A DNA stretch of 64,000 nucleotides from assembly GCA_964016885.1 (NCBI GenBank), contig OZ024748.1, positions 44,268,001 to 44,332,000 on the forward strand, given 5' to 3'. The notes under the pieces were generated by a model. It saw only the letters and a program-made list of their open reading frames with translations. It made no database searches and was not told the origin of the DNA. This document shows positions 25,091 to 40,760 of the stretch, in pieces (position 1 is the first letter of the stretch; the number at the start of each line of letters is the position of its first letter). This DNA is from Eledone cirrhosa (Eukaryota). The translations under genes and the position numbers were made by a program.

Positions 25091-25167
25091 ATTATAATCC
25101 AGAGTACTATCCTTTTATGGAGGTTTCCAGTGACTATTTGATGGCCTTGTGCCAAAAGTAGAAACAA

Positions 25168-25850
25168 TTACTCTATATATACTATTGTATTTTCACAGTA
25201 AAGGCTTTACCTCACATAATATCTCACATAACATTTACATTACTCTATATATACTATTGTATTTTCACAGTAAAGGCGTTACCTCACATAATATCTCACA
25301 TAACATTTACATTACTCTATATATACTATTGTATTGTCACAGTAAAGGCTTTACCTCACATAATATCTCACATAACATTTACATTACTCTATATATACTG
25401 TTGTATTTTCACAGTAAAGACTTTACCTCACATAATATCTCACATAACATTTACATTACTCTATATATACTATTGTATTGTCACAGTAAAGGCTTTACCT
25501 CACATAATATCTCACATAACATTTACATTACTCCATATATACTATTGTATTTTCATGGTAAAGACTTTACCTCACATAATATCTCACATAACATTTACAT
25601 TACTCCATATATACTATTGTATTTTCACAGTAAAGACTTTACCTCACATAATATCTCACATAACATTTACATTACTCCATATATACTATTGTATTTTCAT
25701 GGTAAAGGCTTTACCTCACATAATATCGAATCTATGAGATTTTGATATTATTTATAACATTTGTATGAGCAGCCAGTTACAGCCGGTTTGAACAGAAAGA
25801 GGTGAGAGAATTCTGGCCAGATATGGTCGGTTTAAATGCTAAAGGGTTAA
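25168..25850 (+). mobile_element. piggyBac-type MITE with about 8 internal 72-bp repeats (left TIR missing)
   Basis: 72-bp units followed by the MITE 3' half ending AATGCTAAAGGG-TTAA. Confidence 0.85.
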
Positions 25851-25897
25851 TTAAACAAGGTTTTCTCAAAAATTGAGTTGAGGCGCGAGTGTATTAG

Positions 25898-26116
25898 AAT
25901 TTATAGAATAATGAGAAAAACTCAGTGCAAGGATAATTGCCAAAACAGCAAAATACCGTCAACTTAGCTCCTCTCTATCACTGCTGCGGACCAACACACT
26001 TTTAGTCATGTTTTCCTGTCCATTGAGCTAAGGTTTTATCCAACGCCGTCATTGACGCCATTTTGCTGTTTTGGCAGATATACTTGCGTTGAGTTTTTCT
26101 CATTATTTTATAAATT
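25898..26116. mobile_element. MITE with ~65-bp imperfect TIRs, superfamily unassigned
   Basis: AATTTATAGAATAATGAGAAAAACTC...CGTCAA versus TTGACG...GAGTTTTTCTCATTATTTTATAAATT. Confidence 0.7.
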
Positions 26117-26284
26117 ATATATATTAATTAAAAGATTTCTAAAATGAAATTATGTTAGAAGATTTTAATATAAAGATAAACATTTTAAAATGAAGTTTTG
26201 TATTATACATCCAGGGTGGTTTCAATGGGAGTTGGGGATCTGATAAAGTTTATACAGACATATACATAAATATATGAACACAAT

Positions 26285-26333
<49 letters not shown>

Positions 26334-26337
26334 TATA

Positions 26338-26525
26338 CAGGGAAATTCCGCTATAACGAAATTCACGGGGTATAAAAAGAAATTCTTTGTATCGAAAAAT
26401 TCTTTATAACGAGATTGACCGAAACAAATGGAGCGTTTGTTTGTTTTTAACTCCGGGATTGAAAAATATTTTGTTATACTGAACAATTTCGTATAATGGT
26501 ATACATTATAATGGAATTTTACCTG
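26338..26525. mobile_element. pogo/Tigger-like MITE
   Basis: TA-CAGGGAAATTCCGCTATAACG ... CATTATAATGGAATTTTACCTG; internal TATAACGA repeats. Confidence 0.65.
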
Positions 26526-26589
26526 CATACACGCACGCACGCGCACACACACACACATACACATATCTATCTATCTATATAAATTTTTT

Positions 26590-26822
26590 TCATTTCATTT
26601 CATTTTACATCCACTTTTCCCTGCTTGCAAGGGTGGGACGGGAACTGATTCTGGCTTGATTTCTACAGCTGGATGCCCTTCCTAACACCAACCTCATTTA
26701 CAGTGAGTGCTGGGTGCTTTTTTTTCCGTGGCACCTCCACGTCCACTTTACAGTGTGGGCTGGGTGTTTTTTTGCCGTGGCGCCTCCACGACCACTTTGC
26801 AGTGGAATGATATGGACCCCAG
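26590..26822 (-). mobile_element. 5'-truncated SINE (body and RTE tail)
   Basis: Matches 1845-2020 with an extra internal repeat unit also seen in the RTE-B 3' UTR. Confidence 0.8.
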
Positions 26823-26855
<33 letters not shown>

Positions 26856-27092
26856 TGATGGTTGCGTTACACTGAACACACACACACAGTCGGTTACACT
26901 GAACACACACACCAACATTTCTTGGTTTAATTAATTATCTTTGATTGGTGTGACCCACAAAACAGACCAATGTTTAAGACAGCATTAGGTATAGATAGAT
27001 GTGTGTGTATATATATATATATATATACATACATATATATATATATTTACATATTATATATATATGTATATATATATCCAAAATTAAATTAA

Positions 27093-27139
<47 letters not shown>

Positions 27140-27509
27140 GTGTTTGTATGTATTATATGTGTGTGTTTGTGTATATATAATGTGTGTGTGTGTATATATA
27201 TATATACACACATATATATATATATATATGTGTGTGTGTTTGTGTATATATAATGTGTGTATATATACATATATATATATGTGTATATAGCCCAAGGAGT
27301 AAGGAATATTATAAAACAAGTTTTTGTTATATTTGATGTGTGTATGTGTCTACCTGTATACAAGTGTGTACTTGTGTATATATGTGCGTGTATGTGTGTG
27401 TGTGTATATATGTGCATGTATGTGTGTGTGTGTATATATGTGTGTGTATTTGTTTTCCTTTTCCCTCTTCCTCATCACTATCTCTTTGATATTTCATTAA
27501 TCCTCTCCA

Positions 27510-28860
27510 TCACCATCATCACCATCACATCATCATAATCACCACCACTAGTGACACTGCCACCCTCACACCACCACCATTGTCACCACCACCACCACTG
27601 TCACACCACTACCACCACCACCACCACCCTCTCACTACTGCCCCCTCCACCACCACCACTACTTACCCCCCTCCACTCCTCACACCACCACCACCACTCA
27701 CCCCCTCCACTCCTCACACCACCACTGTCACACCACCACTGTCACACCACCACCACCCTCTCACTACTGCCCCCTCCACCACCACCACTCTCACACCACC
27801 ACTACTTACCCCCTCCACTCCTCACACCACCACCACCACTCTCACCCCCTCCACTCCTCACACCACCACCCTCTCACTACTACCCCCTCCATCACCACCA
27901 CTCTCACCCCTCCACTCTCACACCACCACCACCACTCTCACCCCCCTCCACTCCTCACACCACCACCACCACTCTCACCCCCCTCCACTCCTCACACCAC
28001 CACCACCACCTCACCCCCTCCACTCCTCACACCACCACCACCTCATCTACTCTAACCCAGTGACTTACATATCTCAATGCTGTATATGCTGTATGGGTGT
28101 GTTTTCATAAGTACTTGTGTGCATGTCTTGTTAATCTCTTCTCCCCCTCTCTCTTACTACACCTCTCCCTCTCTTTTTGCACCTCTCCCTCTCTTACTAC
28201 ACTTCTCCCTCTCTTTTTGCACTTCTCCCTTTCTCCACACCTCTTTCTCTCTCTACACCTCTCTCTCTCTCTAACTCTCTGTCTCTACACCTTTCCATCC
28301 CTCTCTCTACACCCTCTCTCTACACCTCTCTGTCTCTCTCTATATACACACACCTCTGTCTCTACCTCTCCATCCCTCTCTCTCTCTCTGTCTCTATATA
28401 CACACACACCTCACTCTGTCTCTACACATCCCCCCCTTCTCTCTCTCTATACCTCTCTGTCTCTCTCTATATACACATACACCTCTCTCTCTCTATAACT
28501 CTGTCTCTACCTCTCCTTCCCTCTCTCTACACACCTCTCTCTCTATAACTCTGTCTCTACCTCTCCTTCCCTCTCTCTACACACCTCTCTCTCTATAACT
28601 CTGTCTCTACCTCTCTTTCCCTCTCTCTACACACCTCTCTCTCTATAACTCTGTCTCTACCTCTCCTTCCCTCTCTCTACACACCTCTCTCTCTATAACT
28701 CTGTCTCTACCTCTCCATCCCTCTCTCTATAACTCTCTCTCTACCTCTCCATCCCTCTCTCTATAACTCTCTCTCTACCTCTCCATCCCTCTCTCTATAA
28801 CTCTCTCTCTACCGCTCCATCCCTCTCTCTACCTCTCCATCCCTCCCTCTCTATCTTTAC
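27510..28860. repeat. Degenerate (CAC)n tract, then CT-rich tract with a 50-bp tandem repeat (28490-28700)
   Basis: Seen directly. Confidence 0.9.
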
Positions 28861-29122
28861 AACTACTACTAATGTAAGTAGTCTCCTTCATTAGCTAACC
28901 TATTCACCACATACATAAATGTGTGTGTGTGTGTGTGTGTACCATCATCATCATCACTGCTTAATGTCCATTTTTCCATGCTAGCATGGGTTAGACGGGT
29001 TGTCCCATTTAAGGAGAGTTTTGGTCAGGTGACCATATCTTGCTCACACAGAACTGTTTCTGACTTGGTTCCTACAGCTGGATGCCCTTCCTAACGACAA
29101 CTACATGCACAGTGTGTGTGTG

Positions 29123-31011
<1,889 letters not shown>

Positions 31012-31224
31012 AATAAATTATCGAGAATCGGAACCTCGGCCCACGAAATAACGAAACACAATCTTCAAAATGTGTGGCAAAGTGCTCAATAGTTTGGGTA
31101 AACCAGAGCTATAACTAACGTTTAATACCAACACACTGAGACGATGCTTAAACAATCATTCACACAGCCGAAAACACGACCAAGAAAATTCGGGTCAGAC
31201 AAATAAAAATATATATGAATGAAA

Positions 31225-31289
<65 letters not shown>

Positions 31290-31293
<4 letters not shown>

Positions 31294-31397
31294 AGAGTCA
31301 GGACCCCGACAGCTGAGCTCCAGCCATTTCGACAGCTAGATCCTGATCTAGCTGTCGAAATGGCTGGAGCTCAGCTGTCGGGGTCCTGACTCTTTTC
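31290..31397. repeat. Perfect 53-bp-arm palindrome with a 2-nt spacer, containing the 3' half of a hammerhead
   Basis: GAAAAGAGTCAGG...CAGCTAGATC-ct-GATCTAGCTG...CCTGACTCTTTTC. Confidence 0.92.
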
Positions 31398-31459
31398 CTA
31401 CTACCCTAAGTATCGAGTACTCTGGTGCGTTATGGTTCACCTGGTTTCTTACCACACTT

Positions 31460-31535
<76 letters not shown>

Positions 31536-31638
31536 CCATTCAAATTAATGAGAAGAAAGAGATGTTTGTCACATTGATGAACTTAACAAAGAAAGGATAG
31601 GACAACGAACACAAACAAGGAAAAACGAAAAACAATTC

Positions 31639-32550
31639 TTTACCCCTTTACCATTTACATTACTCTATATATACTATTATATTTTCACAGTAAAGGCTTT
31701 ACCTCACATAATATCTCACATATCATTTACATTACTTTATATATACTATTGTATTTTCACAGTAAAGGCTTTACCTCACAAAATATCCCACATAATGTTT
31801 ACATTACTCTATATATACTATTGTATTTCCACAGTAAAGACTTTACCTCACATAATATCTCACATAACATTTACATTACTCTATATATACTATTGTATTT
31901 TCACAGTAAAGGCTTTACCTCACAAAATATCCCACATAATGTTTACATTACTCTATATATACTATTATATTTTCACAGTAAAGGCTTTACCTCACAAAAT
32001 ATCCCACATAATGTTTACATTACTCTATATATACTATTGTATTTCCACAGTAAAGGCTTTACCTCACAAAATATCCCACATAATGTTTACATTACTTTAT
32101 ATATACTATTATATTTTCACAGTAAAGACTTTACCTCACAAAATATCCCACATAATGTTTACATTACTCTATATATACTATTGTATTTCCACAGTAAAGG
32201 CTTTACCTCACATAATATCTCACATAACATTTACATTACTCTATATATACTATTGTATTTTCATGGTAAACACTTTACATCTCATAATTATCTCACATAA
32301 CATTTACATTACTCTATATATACTATTGTATTTCCACAGTAAAGGCTTTACCTCACATAATATCTCACATAACAGTTACATTACTCTATATATACTATTG
32401 TATTTTCATGGTAAACACTTTACATCTCATAATTATCTCACATAACATTGAATCTACGAGATTTTGATATTTATTTTGCGAACAATACCTTTTCAGAAAT
32501 AGGTGAGAGAATTCTGGCCAGATATAGTCGTTTTAAATGTTAAAGGGTCA
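31639..32550 (+). mobile_element. piggyBac-type MITE with about 11 internal 72-bp repeats
   Basis: Degenerate TTACCCCTTT start, 72-bp units, AATGTTAAAGGGTCAA end. Confidence 0.82.
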
Positions 32551-33320
32551 AAAGTGTTTTATCATCAGCATCATTATCATCATCACCATTTAATGTCTAA
32601 TTTTGATGCTTACATAGTTTTAACAGACCAGACAAGTCAGGTGACCATTTCTTCGTCATACAATCCATTTTAGGTTTGGTTTTCTTTTGCTGGTTACTTT
32701 TCCTAAAGCTACTTGCTTTACAGAGTGTACTGGGAGATTTTTTATGTAGCACCACCACTACCATTTTATAGAGTGGATTGTGTGTTTTTTGTCATGGTGC
32801 CAGCATGACCACTTTCCAGTGTGTACTGGGTGTTTTGTTGTGTCACCAACATGGTCATACAGGGTGGTGGACTAAGTGGTTTTTGTCATGGCACCAGCAT
32901 GGTCATACAGGGTGGACTAGGTGTTTTTTGTCATGGCACCAGCATGGTCACCTTAAAGTGAAATGTGTTTTGTCATGGCATGAAATCTTCATCACAATTT
33001 TATGTAAGAACCTTTGTTAAGTTATGTTCCAAATTACCCGAAACAGCCACTGGTTCAATGATACAAAGCTATATATTTTAAAGTGTTTATATTTATTTAA
33101 AGACCCTCCAACATAATTTTATGTAAGAACCTTTGTTAAGTTATGTTCCAAGCCACCCGAAACAGCCGCTGGTTCTGATACAAAACTGTATATTTATTTT
33201 AAAGTGTTTATATTTATCTAAAGACCCTCCAACATAATTTTATGTAACAACCTTTGTTAAGTTATTTTCCAAACACCCTCTGGTTTTATGATATAAATGT
33301 GTTTTGTCATGGCATGAAAT

Positions 33321-36029
33321 CTGCCAGACGAACTTAAGGATAGGTTTTACGAGTCCCTAATACACACTACTGCTCTAACAGACGACAAGGACTTCCTAAT
33401 CATCGCAGGAGATTTTAACGGACACGTAGGTAAACGCTGCGACGGCTTCAATAGAGTACATGGAGGCCATGGAGTTGGCACAAGGAATGAGGAAGGATTC
33501 AGACTTCTAGAATTCTGCGACGCCAATGACATGTCGATATGTAACACAAACTTTAAAAAACCCGACAACCACCTGATCACCTATAGATCAGGGGAGCACT
33601 CTAGTCAGTTAGATTTTATCCTCATCAGAGGACGTGACAGATGGACGGTCGTAAACACAAAAGCCTTCCCTAGTGAGGAATGTACATCCCAACATAGCTT
33701 AGTTGTCAGCGACCTCACGGTCAGAACTAGACGAACCCGGAAACAGAGGCCAACCTGGAGAAGAAAGATCTGGAAGCTGAAAGTCCCCTCAACCAGTAAC
33801 AGATTTAAAGATATTTTACTCAACGCCTACGACAGTAAAGAAGAACAGATAGAGACATTTAACGTAGAAGAGAACTGGGAGTTCCTAAAAAATAATTTAC
33901 TAGAGGCGACGGATGAGGTCTGTGGCTGGAGTAAGACCTCAAGCAGGAGGAGAGTGACTTGGTGGTGGAACAATAAGGTAGATGAAGCAGTTAAGGCCAA
34001 GAGACAGGCATGGAAAGAATGGAAGAACGGGGGGAGCAGGGTACATTACATAGAGACCAAGAGGGAAGCTAGGCGACAAGTATACTTAGCTAGGAGGGAA
34101 GCAGAGGATAGAAAATTCAAGCATGTTTTACAACGTGGGGACCAGAAACAGGAGGTATTCAAGATTGCGAGGCAGTGTGTCAGAGATAGTTGTGATGTCA
34201 TTGGAGAGAAGTGTATCCGGAATGATAAAGGTGAGCTTGCCCTCACAAGTGCTGAGAAGAAAGATGCATGGAAGAGTCATTATGATAGATTACTAAATGA
34301 GGAGAATGCATGGGAAGAAGAGACCCTACCCCAAGTAGACCCTATAGAGGGACCAGCAGTACAAGTCAGCAGCAGCGTAGTAAGTAAGGCAATCAAAGAT
34401 ATGAAGATGGGGAAGGCAACCGGTCCATCGGGTATAGCTGCCGAGATGCTGAAGGCATCTGGGTCTGTAGGTCACACTATAACCACACGTATCGTTAACC
34501 AGGTAATACTAGAGGGGGCCATACCAAAAGATTGGTGCAGTAGCATCATTGTCAACTGCTACAAAAGTAAAGGCGATGCACTAGATAGAGGAAACTATAG
34601 AGGTATAAAGTTGATGGACCAGGTCATGAAAGTAACAGAAAGAGTTATAGCACAGCTGATTAGGGACCGGGTGAAAATAGACGAGATGCAATTTGGGTAT
34701 GTACCAGGAAGAGGCACCACTGATGCCCTCTTCCTTGTGAGGCAATTACAGGAAAAGTACCTAGCTAAAAGTAAGCCACTCTACTTGGCATTTGTCGACC
34801 TTGAGAAAGCCTTTGACAGAGTTCCACGTGTTGTAATCTGGTGGGCTCTTAGAAAACTAGGAGTAGATGAATGGCTTGTGAAAGCGGTACAAGCCATGTA
34901 TAGGGGAGCAGTCAGCAAAGTTAGGATTAGCAATGAGTATAGCGAGGAATTTAGCGTACAGGTTGGGGTTCACCAGGGCTCTGTTCTTAGCCCTCTCCTG
35001 TTCATCATAGTCCTGCAGGCAATAACGGAGGAGTTTAAGACCGGATGCCCATGGGAACTCCTGTATGCTGATGACCTCACACTCATAGCTGAATCTATGG
35101 TAGAACTAGAGAATAAATTCCAAACCTGGAAGCAGGGACTAGAAAGAAAGGGTCTCAAAGTCAACATGACAAAGACTAAGGTCCTTGTAAGTAGACGAGA
35201 AAACAGAACCCAGATCCCCTCAGGGAAATGGCCTTGCTCAGTATGTAGGAAAGGTGTAGGTAGGAACTCCATTCTCTGCCCCAAATGCAAACAATGGGTA
35301 CACAAGAGATGTAGCGGGATCTCAGGAAGCTTAAATAAGAATGTAGGATTCACATGTAGTAGCTGTGCTGAAACAGCAAGTAGCAAACAGCTACAGGAAA
35401 CAAGTACCACCAATCTCTGGGAGGGCCCTGTAGAAACAGTAGACAGCTTCTGCTACCTAGGTGACCGAATTAGCAACGGAGGTGGGTATTCGGAAAGTAC
35501 AATAACTAGGGTAAGAACAGGATGGAAGAAGTTTAGGGAACTACTACCACTGCTAGCTGCAAAAGGCTTCTCCCTCAGAATGAAAGGCAGACTGTATGAT
35601 GCGTGTATCCGAACAGCGATGTTGCATGGTAGTGAGACCTGGGCGCTGAAGGTGGAAGACTTACGTAGATTAGAGAGAAACGAAGCCTGCATGCTCCGAT
35701 GGATGTGTAACAGTAATATACGTGAACGACAAAGCATAAATGAATTGAGAGAGAGACTGAGCATAAGAGGAATCAAATGCTGTGTGCAGGAGAGGCGGTT
35801 GCGCTGGTATGGACATGTGATGCGTATGAAGGATGACAGCTGCATAAAAAGGTGCAGAGCACTAGAAATTGATGGAAACCGCGGAGTGGGGAGACCCAAG
35901 ATGACCTGGGATGAGGTGATAAAAGCCGACCTTACCCAATTACACTTCTCAAAGACAATGACACACGACCGTGACTTCTGGCGTCACGCAGTAATACAGA
36001 GTACCCGACCTCCCATGGGAAGCATATAG
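33321..36029 (+). CDS. RTE polyprotein, open but N-terminally truncated
   Basis: Frame stays open upstream of the track ATG at 33531 (IIAGDFNGHVG); RT motifs and PHD-like finger intact. Confidence 0.88.
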   Translation: MPDELKDRFYESLIHTTALTDDKDFLIIAGDFNGHVGKRCDGFNRVHGGHGVGTRNEEGFRLLEFCDANDMSICNTNFKKPDNHLITYRSGEHSSQLDFILIRGRDRWTVVNTKAFPSEECTSQHSLVVSDLTVRTRRTRKQRPTWRRKIWKLKVPSTSNRFKDILLNAYDSKEEQIETFNVEENWEFLKNNLLEATDEVCGWSKTSSRRRVTWWWNNKVDEAVKAKRQAWKEWKNGGSRVHYIETKREARRQVYLARREAEDRKFKHVLQRGDQKQEVFKIARQCVRDSCDVIGEKCIRNDKGELALTSAEKKDAWKSHYDRLLNEENAWEEETLPQVDPIEGPAVQVSSSVVSKAIKDMKMGKATGPSGIAAEMLKASGSVGHTITTRIVNQVILEGAIPKDWCSSIIVNCYKSKGDALDRGNYRGIKLMDQVMKVTERVIAQLIRDRVKIDEMQFGYVPGRGTTDALFLVRQLQEKYLAKSKPLYLAFVDLEKAFDRVPRVVIWWALRKLGVDEWLVKAVQAMYRGAVSKVRISNEYSEEFSVQVGVHQGSVLSPLLFIIVLQAITEEFKTGCPWELLYADDLTLIAESMVELENKFQTWKQGLERKGLKVNMTKTKVLVSRRENRTQIPSGKWPCSVCRKGVGRNSILCPKCKQWVHKRCSGISGSLNKNVGFTCSSCAETASSKQLQETSTTNLWEGPVETVDSFCYLGDRISNGGGYSESTITRVRTGWKKFRELLPLLAAKGFSLRMKGRLYDACIRTAMLHGSETWALKVEDLRRLERNEACMLRWMCNSNIRERQSINELRERLSIRGIKCCVQERRLRWYGHVMRMKDDSCIKRCRALEIDGNRGVGRPKMTWDEVIKADLTQLHFSKTMTHDRDFWRHAVIQSTRPPMGSI

Positions 36030-36312
36030 ACAATATTCCCCCACACCCTACCACTGCAAGGTGGTCGTGGAGGTGCCACGGCAAAAAAGCACCCAGCCCA
36101 CACTGTAAAGTGGACGTGTAGGCGCCACGAAAAAGCACCCAGCACTCACTGTAAATGAGGTTGGTGTTAGGAAGGGCATCCAGCTGTAGAAATCAAGCCA
36201 GATCAGTTCCTGTATGAGCAAGGCATGGTCAGCCGACCAGACACTGCCCACAACAGGACAACCCGTCTAACCCATGCTAGCGTGGAAGAACGGACGTAAA
36301 ACAGTGATGATG
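33321..36312 (+). mobile_element. 5'-truncated RTE LINE (subfamily B)
   Basis: Begins mid-endonuclease (LPDELKDRFYE); ~280-bp 3' UTR; short (TGA)n tail. Confidence 0.93.
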
Positions 36313-36486
36313 AAAACTGTATATTTTAAAATGTTATGTAATAACTTTGTTAAGTTATGTTCCAAACATCAACTTAATAATGAGAAAATTGTTTATAATA
36401 CAAATAGATTTGTAATACTTTTGGTTGTGTTGTAATAAATATTTTTGTGTCTGTTGAAACCTATCAAAAGTGTCCTTCATTAGAAC

Positions 36487-36857
36487 TTAACCCTTTAACA
36501 TTTACATTACTCTATATATACTATTATATTTTCACAGTAAAGGCTTTACCTCACATAATATCTCACATAACATTTACATTACACTATATATACTATTGTA
36601 TTTTAACGGCAAAGGCTTTACCTCACATAATATCTCATATAACATTTACATTACTCTATATATACTATTGTATTGTCACAGTAAGGGCTTTACCTCACAT
36701 AATATCTCACATAATATCAAATCTATGAGATTTTGATATTATTTGTTTTAAGTACAATACCTTAATATAAGTATGAGTGGCCAGTTATGGCCGGTTTGCA
36801 CAGAAAGAGGTGAGGGACTTCTGGCCGGATATGGCCGGTTTAAATGCTAAAGGGTTA
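36487..36857 (+). mobile_element. piggyBac-type MITE with about 3 internal 72-bp repeats
   Basis: TTAA-CCCTTTAACATTT ... AATGCTAAAGGG-TTAA. Confidence 0.85.
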
Positions 36858-37139
36858 AGTTAGACATGACCTGGGCCAATACGAGCCAAAACCTATCAAA
36901 GTTATCAGTGTCTTTCATTAGAAATTAAAGGTGATCAAAAGGTTAACGTTCCATATATCAAAGAATCTTAATAGTTTTGTTTGTGTTGTAGTAAATATTT
37001 TTGTGTTGTTCTTTTCTGCATGTTTCTACACCCAACTCTTCAGTTGTCTGGTGTTATAAGACTCACATGCAATTTGTTCTCTTTGAGTCTGTCTGCCAAT
37101 TGTCAGTGCATAAAAGGGATTCATAGGTGAGGAGTTGTG

Positions 37140-38190
37140 CTGTCAGCATCTCTCTCTCCTCTCTCTCTCTCTGTTTACCAGCATCCCCCTTCTCTCTCTG
37201 TTTACCAGCATCTCACTCTCCTCTCTCTCTCTCTCTGTTTACCAGCATCTCCCTTCTCTCTCTGTTTACCAGCATCTCTCTCTCCTCTCTCTCTCTCTCT
37301 GTTTACCAGCATCCCCCTTCTCTCTCTCTCTCTGTTTACCAGCATTCCCCCTCTCTCTCTGTTTACCAGCATCTCTCTCTCTCCTCTCTCTCTTTTTACC
37401 AGCATCTCCCTTCTCTCTCTCTGTTTACCAGCATCCCCCCTCTCTCTCTGTTTACCATCATCTCTCTCTCCTCTCTCTCTCTCTCTGTTTACCAGCATCT
37501 CTCTCTCCTCTCTCTCTCTCTGTTTACCAGCATTCCCCCCTCTCTCTCTGTTTACCAGCATCTCTCTCTCCTCTTTCTCTCTCTGTTTACCAGCATCCCC
37601 CCCTCTCTCTCTCTGTTTACCAGCATCCCCCTTCTCTCTCTGTTTACCAGCATCTCACTCTCTCTCTATCTCTGTTTACCTATATTTCTCTCTTTCTCCC
37701 TCTATCTTTCTGACTACCTCTCTCCCTCTGTCTGCTTACATCTCTCTCTTCCTCTTTCTCTCCTCATCTGTCTACCTTTCTCTTTCTATCCCCTTTCTCT
37801 CTCACACACACACACTCTCCTTTTATCCCTCCCTCTGTCTACCTACATCTCTCTCCTTCTCTTCCCGCTCTCTCACACACTCTCACTCTCTCTACCTCTC
37901 TCTCCTTCTCTTCCCGCTCTCTCACACACTCTCACTCTCTCTACCTCTCTCTCCTTCTCTTCCCGCTCTCTCACACACACTCACTCTCCTTCTCTTCCCT
38001 CTCTCTCACACACTCTCACTCTCTCTCCTTCTCTTCCCGCTCTCTCACACACTCTCCTTCTCTTCCCTCTCTCACACACTCACTCTCTCACACACTCACT
38101 CTCTCTATCTAACTATCTCTCCTCCCCCTACCTCTGTCTGCCTACATATCTCTCCTTGTCTCCCCCCCTCTCTCCTTCTCCTCCCCCTCT
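37140..38190. repeat. CT-rich minisatellite region
   Basis: Repeated CTCTGTTTACCAGCAT units, then CTCCTTCTCTTCCCGCTCTCTCACACAC units. Confidence 0.9.
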
Positions 38191-38476
38191 CTATCAACAG
38201 TTGCTATAGTGAACATGAAACTGCCAATCATTCTTTACAGTAGAACACTACTGCTGCTGGTGAAGGAAACTTGATACAACTCTTCTCACCCAGGAGTTAG
38301 ATTTCATCTCATTGCATGTCTATTTCATTTTATTTATATGTGTGTTTATACACACACACACACACATATGAATGTATATATATATATATATGCATATATA
38401 TATATATATATATATAATGCATGTATGCTATGTGTGCTATTTTAACTTTATTTATATCTGTCTAGGTATGTATGTA

Positions 38477-38518
<42 letters not shown>

Positions 38519-39186
38519 CACACACCACGTGTGTGTGTTATTGTACATGTGTGTGTTGTGTATATATATGTGTGTGTGTGTTGTATATATATATATGTGT
38601 GTGTGTGTTGTATATGTATATATATGTGTGTATTGTGTATATATATAAATGTGTGTGTGTGTGTGCGTGTTGTATATATATATGTATGTGTGTGTTGTAT
38701 GTATGTGTGTGTGTGTATTGTATATATATGTGTGTGTGTTGTATATATATGTATATGTGTGTATTATTATTATCATCATCATTACCATTGTCATCGATAC
38801 CATCACCACCACCATCATTGCCACCATCACCACCACCACCATCGACATCATCACCACCACCACCGCCATCACCACCACCACCGACACCATCATCACCACC
38901 ATCACCACTACCACCACCATCACCACCACCACCACCATCGGCACCACCACCACCACCACTGACACCATCACCACCACCACTACCCCACCGTCAGCCCACC
39001 CACCCACCACCACTACCATCACCCCCACCACCACTACCATCATCATGTGTAGGGTGGTATTTCAGGTGTTCCAGGGCAAAATATAATTTATGAAAAAGGA
39101 TTTCTAAATCTTCGATATTTCAGGAAGAATTGGTTCCAATAATGGATTTATCTTTTATAGAATAATAAATACTTTCAAGATATTTG

Positions 39187-39230
<44 letters not shown>

Positions 39231-39233
39231 ATA

Positions 39234-39273
<40 letters not shown>

Positions 39274-39278
39274 CATAC

Positions 39279-39461
<183 letters not shown>

Positions 39462-39507
39462 CATACATACATACATACATACATACATACATACATACAT
39501 ACATACA

Positions 39508-39542
<35 letters not shown>

Positions 39543-39647
39543 GTGTGTGTATGTGAAGTAATTCCGTCGGAAAAGTCCAGGAAAAAAGAGTGCTCTATGT
39601 AGGTAACAGAGCTTAATAGTTATGTAATAAACAACATAAGGCAATTA

Positions 39648-39708
39648 TTTCATTTACCAGTGGTTTCTTAAAAGCAAAAAAATTTTGCTTTCAATCATCA
39701 GAATAAAA
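39648..39708 (-). ncRNA. Type I hammerhead ribozyme (left arm)
   Basis: TTTTATT-CTGATGA-TTGAAAGCAA...TTGCTTTTAA-GAAA-CCACTGG-TA-AATGAAA. Confidence 0.78.
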
Positions 39709-39866
39709 AAATCCTGGCGTATTTATTGACTTTGGATTTTAAAAACAAAAATGCAATCTATATGAAAGTGAGGCTGGAGAAGGAAGAAGGAAAGGAAAAA
39801 TAAAATAAAAACACACATGCAAACACACACACACATACAATTATATACATACACAGATATATATAT

Positions 39867-40439
39867 GGCATACGTCAAGACGGGCGGTCTCAAAAGTGAA
39901 AGTAAATTTATTTTCATTTTCGAACGTCGTGTTTACATTTTGTGTGTGTGTTTAGATCTAAATTAGTGTCATTTTAACTGATTATATATATATATGTATA
40001 TGTGTGTGTGTGTGTGTGTAGTTGACGGTTGAGAGAAGAGTACTCAATACCGAAGTAATCTTGTAATGAGGCTTGCAGAATGGTGAGTCCGCCATTCTAG
40101 ATGCTGCTGCCTTGCAGAAGTCCCAAATCGAAGCTCTGCCACTCTCGTCCCCATCATTCAGCAGAGATTTTGCCAGGCAGCCGCATCACCTCCGATGGTT
40201 GGGCTTCCTATTCGGAAATTGACGGTGGGATTTACGTTCATGATGTTGTGGTGCACGAACGGAACTTTGTAGATCCTGCGGACCTTGATGTGCACACACA
40301 GCTCATAGAGAACACATGGCGCCGTGCAAAGAAGAAGCTTCGTCGCCAGCATGTTTCCTTTGAACACACAAAATGTAAACACGATGTTCGAAAATGAAAA
40401 TAAATTTACTTTCACTTTTGAGACCACCCGTCTTGACGT

Positions 40440-40444
<5 letters not shown>
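39867..40444 (+). mobile_element. Internally deleted Merlin (IS1595/ISXO2-like) DNA transposon
   Basis: 81-bp TIRs starting GGCATACGTCAAGACGGG; ATATATAT on both flanks; frameshifted transposase EVPNRSSATLVPII / ILPGSRITSDGWASY...NFVDP...HTQLIENTWRRAK. Confidence 0.85.
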
Positions 40445-40484
<40 letters not shown>

Positions 40485-40760
40485 ATACACACACATGTAT
40501 ATATGTATGTATATGTATGCATATGTTGATATTTATGTGTGTATGTATGTGTATATGTATGTGTATGTATATATGTGTGTGTGTGTGTATGTATGTATAC
40601 ATATATATATGTGTGTGTATGTATATAATTGTGTGTGTGTGTGTGTTTGCATGTGTGTTTTTATTTTATTTTTCCTTTCCTTCTTCCTTCTCCAGCCTCA
40701 CTTTCATATAGATTGCATTTTTGTTTTTAAAATCCAAAGTCAATAAGTACGCCAGGATTT

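Noticed and set aside
37010-37045. Minus-strand CTGAAGA...GAAA
   Set aside because: No stem I or stem II pairing; chance match.
39859-40452. ATATATAT as proof of an 8-bp Merlin TSD
   Set aside because: Consistent but uninformative inside a TA repeat; the Merlin call rests on TIRs and transposase motifs.
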